A stretch of 64,000 nucleotides of DNA. Origin: Candidatus Hydrogenedentota bacterium. GTDB lineage: Bacteria > Hydrogenedentota > Hydrogenedentia > Hydrogenedentales > SLHB01. Below, piece after piece: positions 33,683 to 43,731 of the stretch (position 1 is its first letter; every line of letters begins with the position of its first letter). A program made the translations under genes and the position numbers. The notes under the pieces were generated by a model, which ran no database searches, was not told the origin of the DNA, and saw only the letters and a list, made by a program, of their open reading frames with translations. The stretch is from positions 339,746 to 403,745 of the forward strand of contig CAXXYE010000007.1 in the NCBI GenBank assembly GCA_963674865.2, read 5' to 3'.

Positions 33683-34771
33683 CTACGCAGGTGGGTCGCC
33701 GAAATCGGGCACGGGCAGCAGGATGCCGCCTTGGCGGGCGGACTCGACGCCCACCAGGCCGGGGGCGTTGAATCGCGCCGCCGTCCACACGTTCGACAGG
33801 GGCATACGATCCTCGACCAGGCTCGTGACGAACTCATGAACCAGATGCGGATGCGACCCGCCATGGCCCTGGTCGTTGAGTTCGGCCAGTTCACGGGGCA
33901 ACCGCTCGGAATAGTCCGGGAAGGCGACGGGCTGCCGGCCTTTCAGATCCGCCCACTGATACGGCGGCTGTTCGAGACTCCCCTTCGTGCCGTAGAAGCG
34001 GAACGCCTCGCATCCAGGATGGCCAATCCGACGAAACTCGCAGACGCGCAGAACGGATCCATCGCTCATCTGCAATAGCGCCACCTGATTGGCGATGTCG
34101 TTCCCATGCGGACGCGTCTTGTTAAAATAGGGGTCGCCGTCAACGGCCATGCCCATCGACGTCACCGCCACCGCGTGGGCGCGCGTCACGCTCATGACGC
34201 CGCCGGTCGAGTGGGTGATGTACATGAAAGGCAGCGTGTCGCCCAGAGCGTCCTCCCAACCCGGGCCGTGCCGCCATGCCCAGACTTCCTCGAGTCCATC
34301 GCTCCAGTCGTGCATGTACTCCGCCTCGGCGTAGACGATCTGGCCGAAGGCGCCCGCCGCGTGCTGCTCGCGCGCCCAGATGACTTCCTGCCGGAAGCAA
34401 CTCGTCTCCAGCACCATGTACGTCCGCCCCGTCTCCTTGACCGCCCGCACAAGTTCCCTCAGCTCCTCCATGCTGTACGCCGGCGGCACGGCACTGCACA
34501 CGTGCTTCCCCGCCCGTAGCCCCTGGACGGCCTGGGGCGCGTGCATCCAGTGCTGTGTCAGGATCGCGAGCGCGTCCACATCCTCCCGCGCGCAGATTGC
34601 GTCCAGCGACGCCTCCGTATCCGTGATGCCGTGTTTTTCGACATTCTCAGCGAGTTTTTCGAGATTTTGATCACAGAGCACGACGTGGTCGACGTGCGGA
34701 TGATGTTCGAACAACCGGATGAAAGACTGCGCAAAAGCCCCCGTCCCCACAATGCCTATGCAAATGCCCAT
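33683..34771 (-). CDS. Gfo/Idh/MocA family oxidoreductase
   Basis: IGIVGTGAFA Rossmann motif, HAPQAVQGLRAGKHV, GQIVYAEAEYMH. Confidence 0.9.
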   Translation of the reverse strand: MGICIGIVGTGAFAQSFIRLFEHHPHVDHVVLCDQNLEKLAENVEKHGITDTEASLDAICAREDVDALAILTQHWMHAPQAVQGLRAGKHVCSAVPPAYSMEELRELVRAVKETGRTYMVLETSCFRQEVIWAREQHAAGAFGQIVYAEAEYMHDWSDGLEEVWAWRHGPGWEDALGDTLPFMYITHSTGGVMSVTRAHAVAVTSMGMAVDGDPYFNKTRPHGNDIANQVALLQMSDGSVLRVCEFRRIGHPGCEAFRFYGTKGSLEQPPYQWADLKGRQPVAFPDYSERLPRELAELNDQGHGGSHPHLVHEFVTSLVEDRMPLSNVWTAARFNAPGLVGVESARQGGILLPVPDFGDPPA

Positions 34772-34952
34772 GCTTCTCGCTCCCCTCAGTTGACTTCCGC
34801 AAGAGTGTAGAGTTTCTCAAAACTGGGATCAACGGCCAATTCACACGTTGCCCTCATTGAAGGTATAATGCCGAAGGTCCGCAGGCCGCCCTCGGGGCCC
34901 TGTCGCCAATCTTGATAAATGGGAATAGGGCTGTTAGAATACAGGAGAGCGG

Positions 34953-35645
34953 TTGTATGGGCCGTGGTTGTTGGGGAAGATGTCAACGGACAGGGGGCGC
35001 TGTCCGTGTTCTTGCCGTATAAGTAGCCCGTTGGGGGACAATGACTTGCAGGCGTCCGAAAGATTAGAGGGTGGGGAACGCTCACAGGAGTTCGAGCAGC
35101 TGGTCCTCGATTATATGGACATGCTGTACGCCGTAGCTCTGCGTCTGACCCGCAATCCCGCGGATGCTCAGGACCTCACCCAGAACACCGTCGTCAAGGC
35201 GTTGCGCTTCCATGATAAATTCGAGAAAGGCACTTATATCAAGGCCTGGTTGCTGACGATCCTGCGCAACACCTTCATCAACGAATACCGCCGCAAGGCC
35301 CGGCGGCCTACCATGGTTGAGCTGACGGGCGCCGAGCCGGCCGCCGACACCGCCCCCGACCCGGAGATTTCCTACGGACCTCTGGAGCGCAGTCCCGGTG
35401 AACTTCTTGAGCTGGTTGACGACAAGGTCAAGGCGGCGGTAGAAGCGCTGCCGGACGAATTCCGATTGGCCGTGATCATGGCCGACCTCGAAGATAAGTC
35501 TTACAAAGAAATCGCCGAGGTCATGGACTGTCCCCTGGGCACGGTCATGTCCCGTCTATACAGGGGGCGGAAGATCCTGCGCGAGCAGCTTTTCGAGTAC
35601 GCCAAAGAGCGGCGTCTCGTCGGGGAGGAGGACAGGCCGGAGTGA
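34953..35645 (+). CDS. ECF sigma-70 factor (SigR/SigH-like)
   Basis: LYAVALRLTRNPADAQDLTQ, KAWLLTILRNTFIN and SYKEIAEVMDCPLGTVMSRLYRGR. True start probably near 35046. Confidence 0.93.
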   Translation: MYGPWLLGKMSTDRGRCPCSCRISSPLGDNDLQASERLEGGERSQEFEQLVLDYMDMLYAVALRLTRNPADAQDLTQNTVVKALRFHDKFEKGTYIKAWLLTILRNTFINEYRRKARRPTMVELTGAEPAADTAPDPEISYGPLERSPGELLELVDDKVKAAVEALPDEFRLAVIMADLEDKSYKEIAEVMDCPLGTVMSRLYRGRKILREQLFEYAKERRLVGEEDRPE

Positions 35646-35783
35646 ATTTGCGGCGCTCCGGCGTGACCGCGCCCCATCCTTTCCTCGCAGCCTCTTCGAT
35701 GGCGCTCCCGGCAGCCCGGGCCGCCACTGTTGTACACTTCCACAACCAGCGCTCCGGCGCCGGACACCAAGAAGGATGATTAC

Positions 35784-36491
35784 ATGATCAAGACCGTCTT
35801 CTTCGATTTTGGCGGCACGTTGGGATTTGAGCCGCTGCCGCACGCGGAAAGCCTCCACAATTTCCTGACGGAGCACGGCATTGAAGCCACCAAGGAAGAG
35901 GTCAAGGCCGGCGAGCAGGCCATGCGCGCCTTCGATGAGGAGCGATTGGCCCAAAACGGTGGAAATCGGTCGAAATCCCTTGCCGAGCGCTATTGGTTCA
36001 ACGTCTGCCTCCGCTTTGCCCGCGAGATATCCAGCGTACCCGACTCGCAGGACCTCGCCGAGTTCCTCCACGCCAACTACCAGATCATTCCCTACGAACT
36101 TTACGACGACACGATTCCCGCGTTGGAGACGCTTCGGGCTCGGGGCCTCTCCCTCGGAATCATCAGCAACTACGACGCCCCGACCCTCGAATTCTCCACG
36201 CGCGGACTAGGCCTCCGGCCCTATTTCGAGATGGTGCTTTCGTCCCGCTGCGCCGAGAGTGAAAAGCCGGAAACCAAGATATTCGAGGAAGCCTGCCGCC
36301 GCATAGGCGCCGACCCGGCCACGTCGATGCACGTGGGCGACAGTTTCGAGGCGGATGTGGAAGGGGCCAAAAAAGTCGGGATCACCCCCGTGTGGGTCTA
36401 CCGTGACGGCCAAACGCCCGCCCGCGATTGCCACGTTGTGAAGGAACTGACGGAACTGCCCGCGCTTGTCGACCAGCTCAACGCAAGCTGA
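35784..36491 (+). CDS. HAD-superfamily hydrolase
   Basis: FFDFGGTL, IISN, KP..IF and HVGDS..AD motifs. Confidence 0.9.
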   Translation: MIKTVFFDFGGTLGFEPLPHAESLHNFLTEHGIEATKEEVKAGEQAMRAFDEERLAQNGGNRSKSLAERYWFNVCLRFAREISSVPDSQDLAEFLHANYQIIPYELYDDTIPALETLRARGLSLGIISNYDAPTLEFSTRGLGLRPYFEMVLSSRCAESEKPETKIFEEACRRIGADPATSMHVGDSFEADVEGAKKVGITPVWVYRDGQTPARDCHVVKELTELPALVDQLNAS

Positions 36492-36614
36492 CGAGGATCG
36501 TAAGTCCTTTTTCAGGAGAAAACCTCGGATGGTTCTTATCGCCTCGAAACCGTGCCGCGCCGGCACATTGGCCGTAAATGACTCAGGCGTGAGAGCGCTT
36601 GGCGAGGGCGCGTC

Positions 36615-38930
36615 ATGAAGCAACTCGCCGGAAACATCGGATTGCGCGAAGCGCTGGTGATAACGGCCATACTCGTCGGACTGTTGGCCTGTGCCTTCCC
36701 CGGCGTATTCCTGCGCGGCGAGATGGCGGCCCCGGGTGACTTCGCGGCGGGCCTGTCCCCCTGGGATAACTGCGACGACGACGTTATCGAGCAGCCGTAT
36801 ACCTCGCCTCTGCACGACATCTACTGTCAGTTCTACCCTTACTATATTCTGACGCGGGAGGCCCTGGCCGACGGGGAATGGCCGCTATGGAACGCTTTCG
36901 GCTATGGCGGCATGCCCCTCCTCGCCAACGCGCAGAGCGCCGTATTCTATCCTCCACGCCTTGTTCACGCCGTGACCAGCGATGTGCCCCTCGGCACCAC
37001 GATTCACATACTCCTCAAGCTCCTCCTCTGCGGCCTGACCGCCTACGTGTGCGTGCGCGGCCTGGGCCTACGCCGCCTCTCGGCCCTCTTCATGGCCGTC
37101 GCCTGGATGTTCAGCAGCTACAACTTCGTGTACCCCTTCTGGTTGATGGCCGACGTGTGCGCGTGGGTGCCGCTGCTGTTTCTGGCCGTTGAACGCGCCC
37201 TTCAAGGCCGCTATCGCACGGCCTTCTGCCTCACCGCATTCAGCGCAACGCTCATGCTTCTCGCGGGCCATCCTGAAACCGTCTTCATCATGAGTCTTGG
37301 CGTTGGCCTCTACTTCGTGTTCCGCGTCGTCATTGAGCGTCGCAATGACGCGCGATTGTGGAAGCCCGGCGTGGTCCTGCTCGCGGCCTGGATCGTGGCC
37401 TTGCTCGCCTCGGCCGCCCAGTTGCTCCCCTTCCTCGAATATCTCCAGAACAGCCTCACGTTCCAGATGCGGACGTCCAATGCACATTACGACGCGTCCG
37501 TTGGCCTCAGCATCGTAACGGCGGCTTGGATTCCACGGTTTTTCGGAACGGGCGCGGAGAACAACGTCTGGGGTGAATGGGATAAGATGACCATCGCCCT
37601 GATCTACCCGGGCGTAGCGGTATGGCTTGGGGCGGCCTTGGCGCTACGCCGGAAATCGCAGGACTCCCTATGGAACAGGCGCACGCTCTCGCTGGCCTTG
37701 GTGACTTTGTGCTGCGTGCTCGCGGCTTACGACCTGCCCCCCTTCCAATTTGTGCGCTACCTGCCGATCTTCGGCTCGGCCAATATGCACTTCTACCTGG
37801 CATTCCTCATGTTTGCCCTGCCGCTCATCGCCACCCTCGCCCTCGACCGCTGGCTCGGAGAGCGACCCAAGCTCGCCTCGCTGGCGGGGCCGCTGCTCGT
37901 GGCGCTGCTTCTCGCCGGCGCCACGGCGGCCGTCTATAGCCTGCACAAAGAAGCCATCTCCGAGGCGGGCATGACGGAATACGTTACCCATCAGATGATT
38001 GTCGCTGCGCTGCTGGCCCTTTCCGTACTGTTGTTGAGCGCGGGGCACTGTATCATTCCGAACAGACGCATTTTCGCGCTTCTATTCGCCGCAGTACTGG
38101 CTTTTGACCTCCTTTTTGCCGTCCGGGGCCCAAGCCGCACCGCGCCGCGCGAAGCCGTCATTCCGGATACGCCGGTGACGGACTTTCTGCAAGCCGGCGA
38201 TCCGGCCGCGATTACCTCGACCGTCGACTCTTTCATACCGGAGGGGCTGTTGAATAACTACGGCCTGCATCAGTACCGCGGACGCGACGGGATGCTGCCC
38301 GAGCGCTGGCCGAAATTTATGCAGTTTGTCAACGGCGAGGATGTGGTCAAGTACTTTGTCGTTGACAAGCGTCTGAACGACCCGATTCCGGCTGGGAAAC
38401 AGACTGTTTGGAAGCCCGTAGCGGACCTCGACTGCCTGACGGTATACGAGAACACGCAGCGCCTGCCGCAGGTTCTGCTCTTCCCCAAGGTGGAGGTGAT
38501 CCCGAGCGCCGATATGATGTTCGACGAGTTCGACGGCCAGGTCTTTGCACCGGAGGATATCGCCTTTCTGGAAAGCCCACTCGAAGAGCCGCTTCCCGAG
38601 ACCACCGCGACGGAGATCGGCCATGGCGAGGTGGTCGAGCGTCATTCAACCCACGTCCGCGTCAAGGCCTCAGCGACGCAGGACTGTATACTGACGCTGC
38701 TCGAGGGCTACTACCCGGGATGGACGGCGGCCATCGACGGTGAACCGGCGGCCCTCTTCCCCGTGGACTATGCTTTCCGCGGCGTGCGCTTCCCGGAGGG
38801 CGAGCACGATGTGGACTTTGTGTACAGGCCGGCCAGTTTCCGCATCGGCCTTGTCCTCTCGACGATTACGCTCCTGTTCAGCGTGCTGGCCGGTTTCTAT
38901 GCGCTGGCGCGGCGCGGGAAGGCAGCGTGA
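36615..38930 (+). CDS. YfhO-family multipass membrane protein (GT-C-like)
   Basis: GEWPLWN...GGMPLLANAQSAVFYP, many TMs, and YYPGWTAAIDG...FRGV...G.H.V...YRP. Confidence 0.88.
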   Translation: MKQLAGNIGLREALVITAILVGLLACAFPGVFLRGEMAAPGDFAAGLSPWDNCDDDVIEQPYTSPLHDIYCQFYPYYILTREALADGEWPLWNAFGYGGMPLLANAQSAVFYPPRLVHAVTSDVPLGTTIHILLKLLLCGLTAYVCVRGLGLRRLSALFMAVAWMFSSYNFVYPFWLMADVCAWVPLLFLAVERALQGRYRTAFCLTAFSATLMLLAGHPETVFIMSLGVGLYFVFRVVIERRNDARLWKPGVVLLAAWIVALLASAAQLLPFLEYLQNSLTFQMRTSNAHYDASVGLSIVTAAWIPRFFGTGAENNVWGEWDKMTIALIYPGVAVWLGAALALRRKSQDSLWNRRTLSLALVTLCCVLAAYDLPPFQFVRYLPIFGSANMHFYLAFLMFALPLIATLALDRWLGERPKLASLAGPLLVALLLAGATAAVYSLHKEAISEAGMTEYVTHQMIVAALLALSVLLLSAGHCIIPNRRIFALLFAAVLAFDLLFAVRGPSRTAPREAVIPDTPVTDFLQAGDPAAITSTVDSFIPEGLLNNYGLHQYRGRDGMLPERWPKFMQFVNGEDVVKYFVVDKRLNDPIPAGKQTVWKPVADLDCLTVYENTQRLPQVLLFPKVEVIPSADMMFDEFDGQVFAPEDIAFLESPLEEPLPETTATEIGHGEVVERHSTHVRVKASATQDCILTLLEGYYPGWTAAIDGEPAALFPVDYAFRGVRFPEGEHDVDFVYRPASFRIGLVLSTITLLFSVLAGFYALARRGKAA

Positions 38931-38939
38931 TCGCGGGCG

Positions 38940-40175
38940 TCACTTCTTCCGCGCGTAGAAACGGGCCACTTTCGTCAATGCGTGGGCGATATCGTCGACA
39001 TCGCTGACGCTCATGCACTGGTTGATGGGACATCGCCACGAGGTGGCTTCGATCGCCTCCGCCACCGGACACATGCCCGGCCCATACTTCACCTTCCGCC
39101 CGTACTTGCCATCCCACGGGAAGGAGCAACCAGCGAACGCACGATGCTCGGCGAGAACCGGATATTCATACACCATCTTGCCGATGTACCCGCCGCTTAC
39201 CGGTACGCCCTCCGCCGCAACGGCCGCGACAAACTCATCGCGCGATACCTTGAGCCGCTTCGGATCCATCCGCCCCATGTAGAACCAATACGAGCTGCGG
39301 CATCCCGGCAGTACTTTGTGCGGACGTATACCGGGCGTGCCCTTGAGCCGCTCCGTTAGGCGATCGCCCAACGTGTTGCGCTGCGCGATGATGCCCGGCA
39401 GTTTTCGCAATTGAGCCAGGGCCACCGCCCCATGAAGCTCGCTCGGGCGATAGTTGGGAGCGAGAAACGGAGGTCTTCGCCCGGTGCCGTCACGCGAATA
39501 GCCTTTGTCCAGGTAGAGCTGGCAAAGCTCGGCGTAGGCGTCGTCATTCGTGACCACCATGCCCGCGTCGCCGGCGCTGATGTGCTTGAAGTCATTCAAC
39601 GAGAAACAGCCGATATCGCCGAGTGTCCCGGCCAGCCGGCCCTTGTACCAGCAGAGATAACTCTGGGCGCAGTCCTCGATCACCTTGAGCTTATGCTTTC
39701 CCGCGATGCGCAAGATCGGCGTCATATCGGCGGCGTTGCCCGCGAGATGAACCACGATGATGGCCTTCGTCTTCTTGGTGATGTGCTTCTCGATGCCCTT
39801 CGGGTCGATGTTGTAGGTGTGAGGATCCAAGTCCGCAAACACCGGCACGCCGCCCTGTGCGAGAATGGCGATCACCGTGCCCTGATCCGTCATCGGCGCG
39901 GTGATCACCTCATCGCCAGGCCCGACGCCGACGGCCGCCGTAGCCACGTGGAGCGCCGCCGTGCCGCTCGTGACCATGTGGCAGTGCTTGACGCCGTAAG
40001 TCATGGCGAACTGCCGCCGGAAGGTCTTCACCTTCTCGCCGTACCAGTAGAAGAGCGTCTGCTGATCCAGCGCCTCCTTGAGTTCCTTCAGTTCATCGTC
40101 ATCGAACCGCGGGCCCGAGGTCGTCATCGGTTCCGCCCGCACTTTCTCGCCGCCGTTGATAGCCAGTTCGTCCAT
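38940..40175 (-). CDS. DegT/DnrJ/EryC1/StrS aminotransferase
   Basis: TSGTAALH, IEDCAQS and FSLNDFKHISAGDAG. Confidence 0.93.
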   Translation of the reverse strand: MDELAINGGEKVRAEPMTTSGPRFDDDELKELKEALDQQTLFYWYGEKVKTFRRQFAMTYGVKHCHMVTSGTAALHVATAAVGVGPGDEVITAPMTDQGTVIAILAQGGVPVFADLDPHTYNIDPKGIEKHITKKTKAIIVVHLAGNAADMTPILRIAGKHKLKVIEDCAQSYLCWYKGRLAGTLGDIGCFSLNDFKHISAGDAGMVVTNDDAYAELCQLYLDKGYSRDGTGRRPPFLAPNYRPSELHGAVALAQLRKLPGIIAQRNTLGDRLTERLKGTPGIRPHKVLPGCRSSYWFYMGRMDPKRLKVSRDEFVAAVAAEGVPVSGGYIGKMVYEYPVLAEHRAFAGCSFPWDGKYGRKVKYGPGMCPVAEAIEATSWRCPINQCMSVSDVDDIAHALTKVARFYARKK

Positions 40176-40235
40176 GCCGCCCTCCGGTAGTTTCGGGTGC
40201 TCAACGCTCAGTGCCTGTCAAGGAATGGCAGAGAA

Positions 40236-40410
40236 AAAGGGGACATGTTCAAAGCGCCGTCCCCGGCGCGACTGAGGGTGCGGCCAGAAAGCGACCGCAC
40301 AACGGGCACCAAGGTTCTTGGCGTCAAGATGGAAGAATTTACCGGCGCTTTCTGGCTGCGCCCCGCCAGGAATGCCGCTTTCAAGCCAGACTCCTACGTG
40401 TCCCCTTTCC
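40236..40410. repeat. Palindromic AAAGGGGACA...TGTCCCCTTT element (copy 1, with internal insert)
   Basis: Its ends match the compact copy at 57858-57911. Confidence 0.7.
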
Positions 40411-40482
40411 GGCACTCCTGCTTCCCGTACATTACCAAGTCTGATCGCCTCGCAAGAATAGCACATCCGCCCGTCTTCTCTC

Positions 40483-41931
40483 TCAGTTGGATTGTCCATC
40501 GCCGTCGAGGCGGCGCAGGATATCCCAGTACGCGCCGCGCGCCCCGGCCTGGATGGCCTGGGAGAGCACCGAGTTGTCATTGTAGTTGTAGTTGCCGTCC
40601 AGTTCATTCGGATTGGCGTGCAAGAAACGCCGATCACCTTTCACCAACGCGCTCACGCAATCGAAGATGTCCTCCCCGATGCCCGCGTCCACGTAGAATA
40701 TCGGACGCAAGAGTTGCTCGTTGTCTTCGATGTTGCCGTGGAGGTGCGGATTCCCCTTCAGCGGCCCCTGCGATCTTACCAGGCGCGCCAGCGGCGTGTG
40801 GGGGAAGATGCGCACGCCGCAAGACAAACCGACGCGGTCGGCATCGAGCGCGCGCATCGCATCGATGGCCCGGCTGATGGACTCCTTCGTTTCACCCGGC
40901 CCGCCGAAGAGCATATCGAACATGAAGACGAGACCCGTCGCGCGGCATGCGCAGGCCGTTCGCTCGACGTCCTCCGAGGAGTACATGCGGCCGAGGCGGC
41001 GGAGCATGGCCTCTTCGGTGTGGTCGACGCCGAAATCGATTCCGACGCAGCCGGCCGCCGCCATGGCTTGAGCCAGTTCCTCGTCAAACGGCGCAGGACT
41101 CGCGTAGGCATACCATTTCACGTGTTCCGCCACGCCTGAGCGCACAAGCTCCGCACATACTGCGTGGGCGTGTTCCGCCGGCAGGTTGAACTCGCTATCG
41201 CAGAGGTGGACGACGTCCACGCCCTGTTCCAGCAGCGCCTCGAACTCCCGCACCACGTCTTGCGGCGCGCGCAGGCGGATGCGCCGGCCGAGGGCCGTCG
41301 GCTCCGGGCAGTAGATGCAGGCGCGATCGCAGCCGCGCTTCGTCTCGATGCCGGCCTGGCCGCCCTCGCGGTAGTAGCGCACATTGTCAATATGGCGCCG
41401 CGTGCGCGGCAGGGGAGCGGAGGTATCCTGTTGAGCGGGCGCCCCGACAACCATCTGGCCGTCCGCACGAAATACCGCTCCAGGCACGTCCAGCAGATCC
41501 CGCTTCCCCGCCATCGCCTCGAGCAATAAGGGAAAGGTCGAAGCGCCGTCGCCGATGATCCCGTAATCCGCTCCGGTGTAGGCCAGTGTCTGCCCCGGAG
41601 CTACCGAGAAGCCGATGCCTCCCAGGACAACAGGTGCTTCCGTCTGCCCCTGGATGTGACGGATAATATCCATTGTGGAATCGAGGATGAAGTCCTGGCT
41701 CGCGAAATAGCAGTCATCGAGATTGCGCACCGAGACGCCCACGGCCAATGGCGAAGTGTCCGCCAGGGCGTCGTTGAGCGTTTGCCGCCAGTCCTCGGCG
41801 AAGGTGAGGTCGCACATCACCGGCTCGTAGCCGGCCTGCATAAGGCCGTCGGCCACATAATCCAGGCCGATCGGCCCGATAGGGGGGCGCATCAGATTGG
41901 GATTGACTAATACAACCGTCTTTTCCGGCAT
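40483..41931 (-). CDS. B12-binding radical SAM protein
   Basis: PIGLDYVA N-terminal cobalamin-binding-like region. KRGCDRACIYC (CxxxCxxC). ATG 41931 with GAGGAG RBS. Confidence 0.9.
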   Translation of the reverse strand: MPEKTVVLVNPNLMRPPIGPIGLDYVADGLMQAGYEPVMCDLTFAEDWRQTLNDALADTSPLAVGVSVRNLDDCYFASQDFILDSTMDIIRHIQGQTEAPVVLGGIGFSVAPGQTLAYTGADYGIIGDGASTFPLLLEAMAGKRDLLDVPGAVFRADGQMVVGAPAQQDTSAPLPRTRRHIDNVRYYREGGQAGIETKRGCDRACIYCPEPTALGRRIRLRAPQDVVREFEALLEQGVDVVHLCDSEFNLPAEHAHAVCAELVRSGVAEHVKWYAYASPAPFDEELAQAMAAAGCVGIDFGVDHTEEAMLRRLGRMYSSEDVERTACACRATGLVFMFDMLFGGPGETKESISRAIDAMRALDADRVGLSCGVRIFPHTPLARLVRSQGPLKGNPHLHGNIEDNEQLLRPIFYVDAGIGEDIFDCVSALVKGDRRFLHANPNELDGNYNYNDNSVLSQAIQAGARGAYWDILRRLDGDGQSN

Positions 41932-42061
41932 GGCCACTGCTCCTCCTCGGTGAGGTGCAACTTTACTACGAATCGCTGGAAAACGCGACTTGGCCGCTGT
42001 GGGACGTCGAATCCATTGCCCCGAGTGACGAGTCGATCTGGCGGCGCAGGGCCGGACTTCG

Positions 42062-42206
42062 TCTGCTTTGAGATCTGAAATCTGAGATCCCGCTTCTCCG
42101 GCCGTTCCCCGTCGGTGCCGTTTTCGTGACGAGGACAGCCGTTCCCGCCCGAGTACGATACCGTGTCCTCGCCGAGCAGGTTCTCCACCTCGCGGCGCAG
42201 GGCGTC
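42062..42206. repeat. Diverged duplicate of the dnaE 3' end and downstream flank (partner 43676-43821)
   Basis: Colinear match of about 145 bp, encoding ..ENLLGEDTVSYSGGNGCPRHEN versus dnaE ..ENLLGEDTVWYSGGNGLPRHEN. Confidence 0.9.
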
Positions 42207-42340
42207 GAGCGACCTTGAAACCGGCGACCGGTACCTCTAGTATAGGAAGCTTTCCTGCTTGCGACAGGCGCAGGCGGTTCCGTGCGGGGAATCTCAGATG
42301 AGGAAACCACGCAACCGGTGTTAGCAGGAGAGGGCCCATT

Positions 42341-42592
42341 ATGAAAACGATCAAGTTTTATGGCCACTTCGCGGCTGCCTATGGGAGTCTGTGGATCTTC
42401 TTCTTCCTTCTCGCGTTCATTACACAGTCCCGCATCCATCTCGGTGCCTGCGGTTTCTTCGGATTTCCTTTGGTGAGTGCCGTCTACGCGCACCTGAGAA
42501 TGAAGGATGATCCCCGATTGAGTCGGATAATTGAGCAGGCCGGACGTAAGATTGATCTCCTGATCGGGAGAAGTCCAGGAGATGAAGCATGA
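42341..42592 (+). CDS. Small two-TM membrane protein
   Basis: 83 aa, two hydrophobic segments, AGGAGAGG RBS. Confidence 0.65.
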   Translation: MKTIKFYGHFAAAYGSLWIFFFLLAFITQSRIHLGACGFFGFPLVSAVYAHLRMKDDPRLSRIIEQAGRKIDLLIGRSPGDEA

Positions 42593-42821
42593 ACGGCTAC
42601 CATCGTATAGGCTGGACTGGCGCCGCCCATGCGAATGGCGCCAAGCGGCAAGGCGCTGCATGGCCCGCGAAGCGCGCAACTGGCGATACAGAGCAGTCCA
42701 CTTTCGTGCAGCAGTTCGGCCCTCTAAGGATAGTGAATAGGCTACCGGACTTGTAGTCTCGCCTGTCCCGATCGCCGTTTCCGACCTCGCAGGCTCTACG
42801 CCACCCTGTGGATGATCTTCG

Positions 42822-43685
42822 ATGAGCAGTATCGAACACGCCGAGGAATCCAGCCGCCTTCCGAAATCCGCCCGCACCGAGCAGCTTCGAGCGGGATTGG
42901 AGCGTCTGTACGAAGCATACAACCGCCCCTGTTTTGTCGAGCCGGACCCGCTTCAATTCTTGCGTCAATACGCCGACCCGCTCGATCGCGAGGTGGCGGG
43001 CATCATCGCTTCCTCGCTCGCTTTCGGGCAGGTGGCGCAGATCATCGCCGGCGTCCAAAGCGTGCTGGATCGCATGGCGGCCCCAAGGGCCTTTCTCCTT
43101 CGCGCGACGCGCCCGTCCCTCGCCCGCGCATTCACGGATTTCCGCCACCGATACGTCACGGGACGTGAACTCGCGGATATGCTATGGGGCGTCCGAAGCG
43201 TGCTCGCGCGTCATGGCTCGCTGGGGCGCTGCTTCACGGCGTGTCTCGCCTCAAGCGACGACACCGTGCTTCCGGCGTTGACGCAGTTTGTCGATTGTCT
43301 GAGGGAGGATTCAACGATGCCGCGCAACTACCTGCTCCCCTCTCCACGGCGCGGCAGCGCCTGCAAGCGACTCAACCTCTTTCTGCGGTGGATGGTGCGC
43401 CGCGACGAGGTCGACCTCGGCGGCTGGGACGGCGTGTGCCCCGCGCTGCTCATCGTGCCCATCGATACGCACATGCACCGGTTCGCGAAGGCACTTGGAT
43501 TGACGACGAGGAAACAGGCCGATATGCGTACTGCCCTCGAAGTCACGGCCGGCTTCCGCCGCTTCGCGCCGCACGACCCCGTGCGCTTCGATTTCGCGCT
43601 CACGCGTCTTGGCATACGAAAAGACGCAAACTCCGAGGCTCTCTTAAATGCCCTCGGCCTGTCGGCCGGCCCCCATCTGCTTTGA
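42822..43685 (+). CDS. TIGR02757/DUF2400 family protein
   Basis: DPLQF, SACKRLNLFLRWMVR, IPIDTH-like VPIDTH and DPVRFDFAL. Confidence 0.9.
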   Translation: MSSIEHAEESSRLPKSARTEQLRAGLERLYEAYNRPCFVEPDPLQFLRQYADPLDREVAGIIASSLAFGQVAQIIAGVQSVLDRMAAPRAFLLRATRPSLARAFTDFRHRYVTGRELADMLWGVRSVLARHGSLGRCFTACLASSDDTVLPALTQFVDCLREDSTMPRNYLLPSPRRGSACKRLNLFLRWMVRRDEVDLGGWDGVCPALLIVPIDTHMHRFAKALGLTTRKQADMRTALEVTAGFRRFAPHDPVRFDFALTRLGIRKDANSEALLNALGLSAGPHLL

Positions 43686-43731
43686 GATCTCAAATCTGAG
43701 ATCCCGTTCTTTCCGTCGCGCGCCCGTCAGT

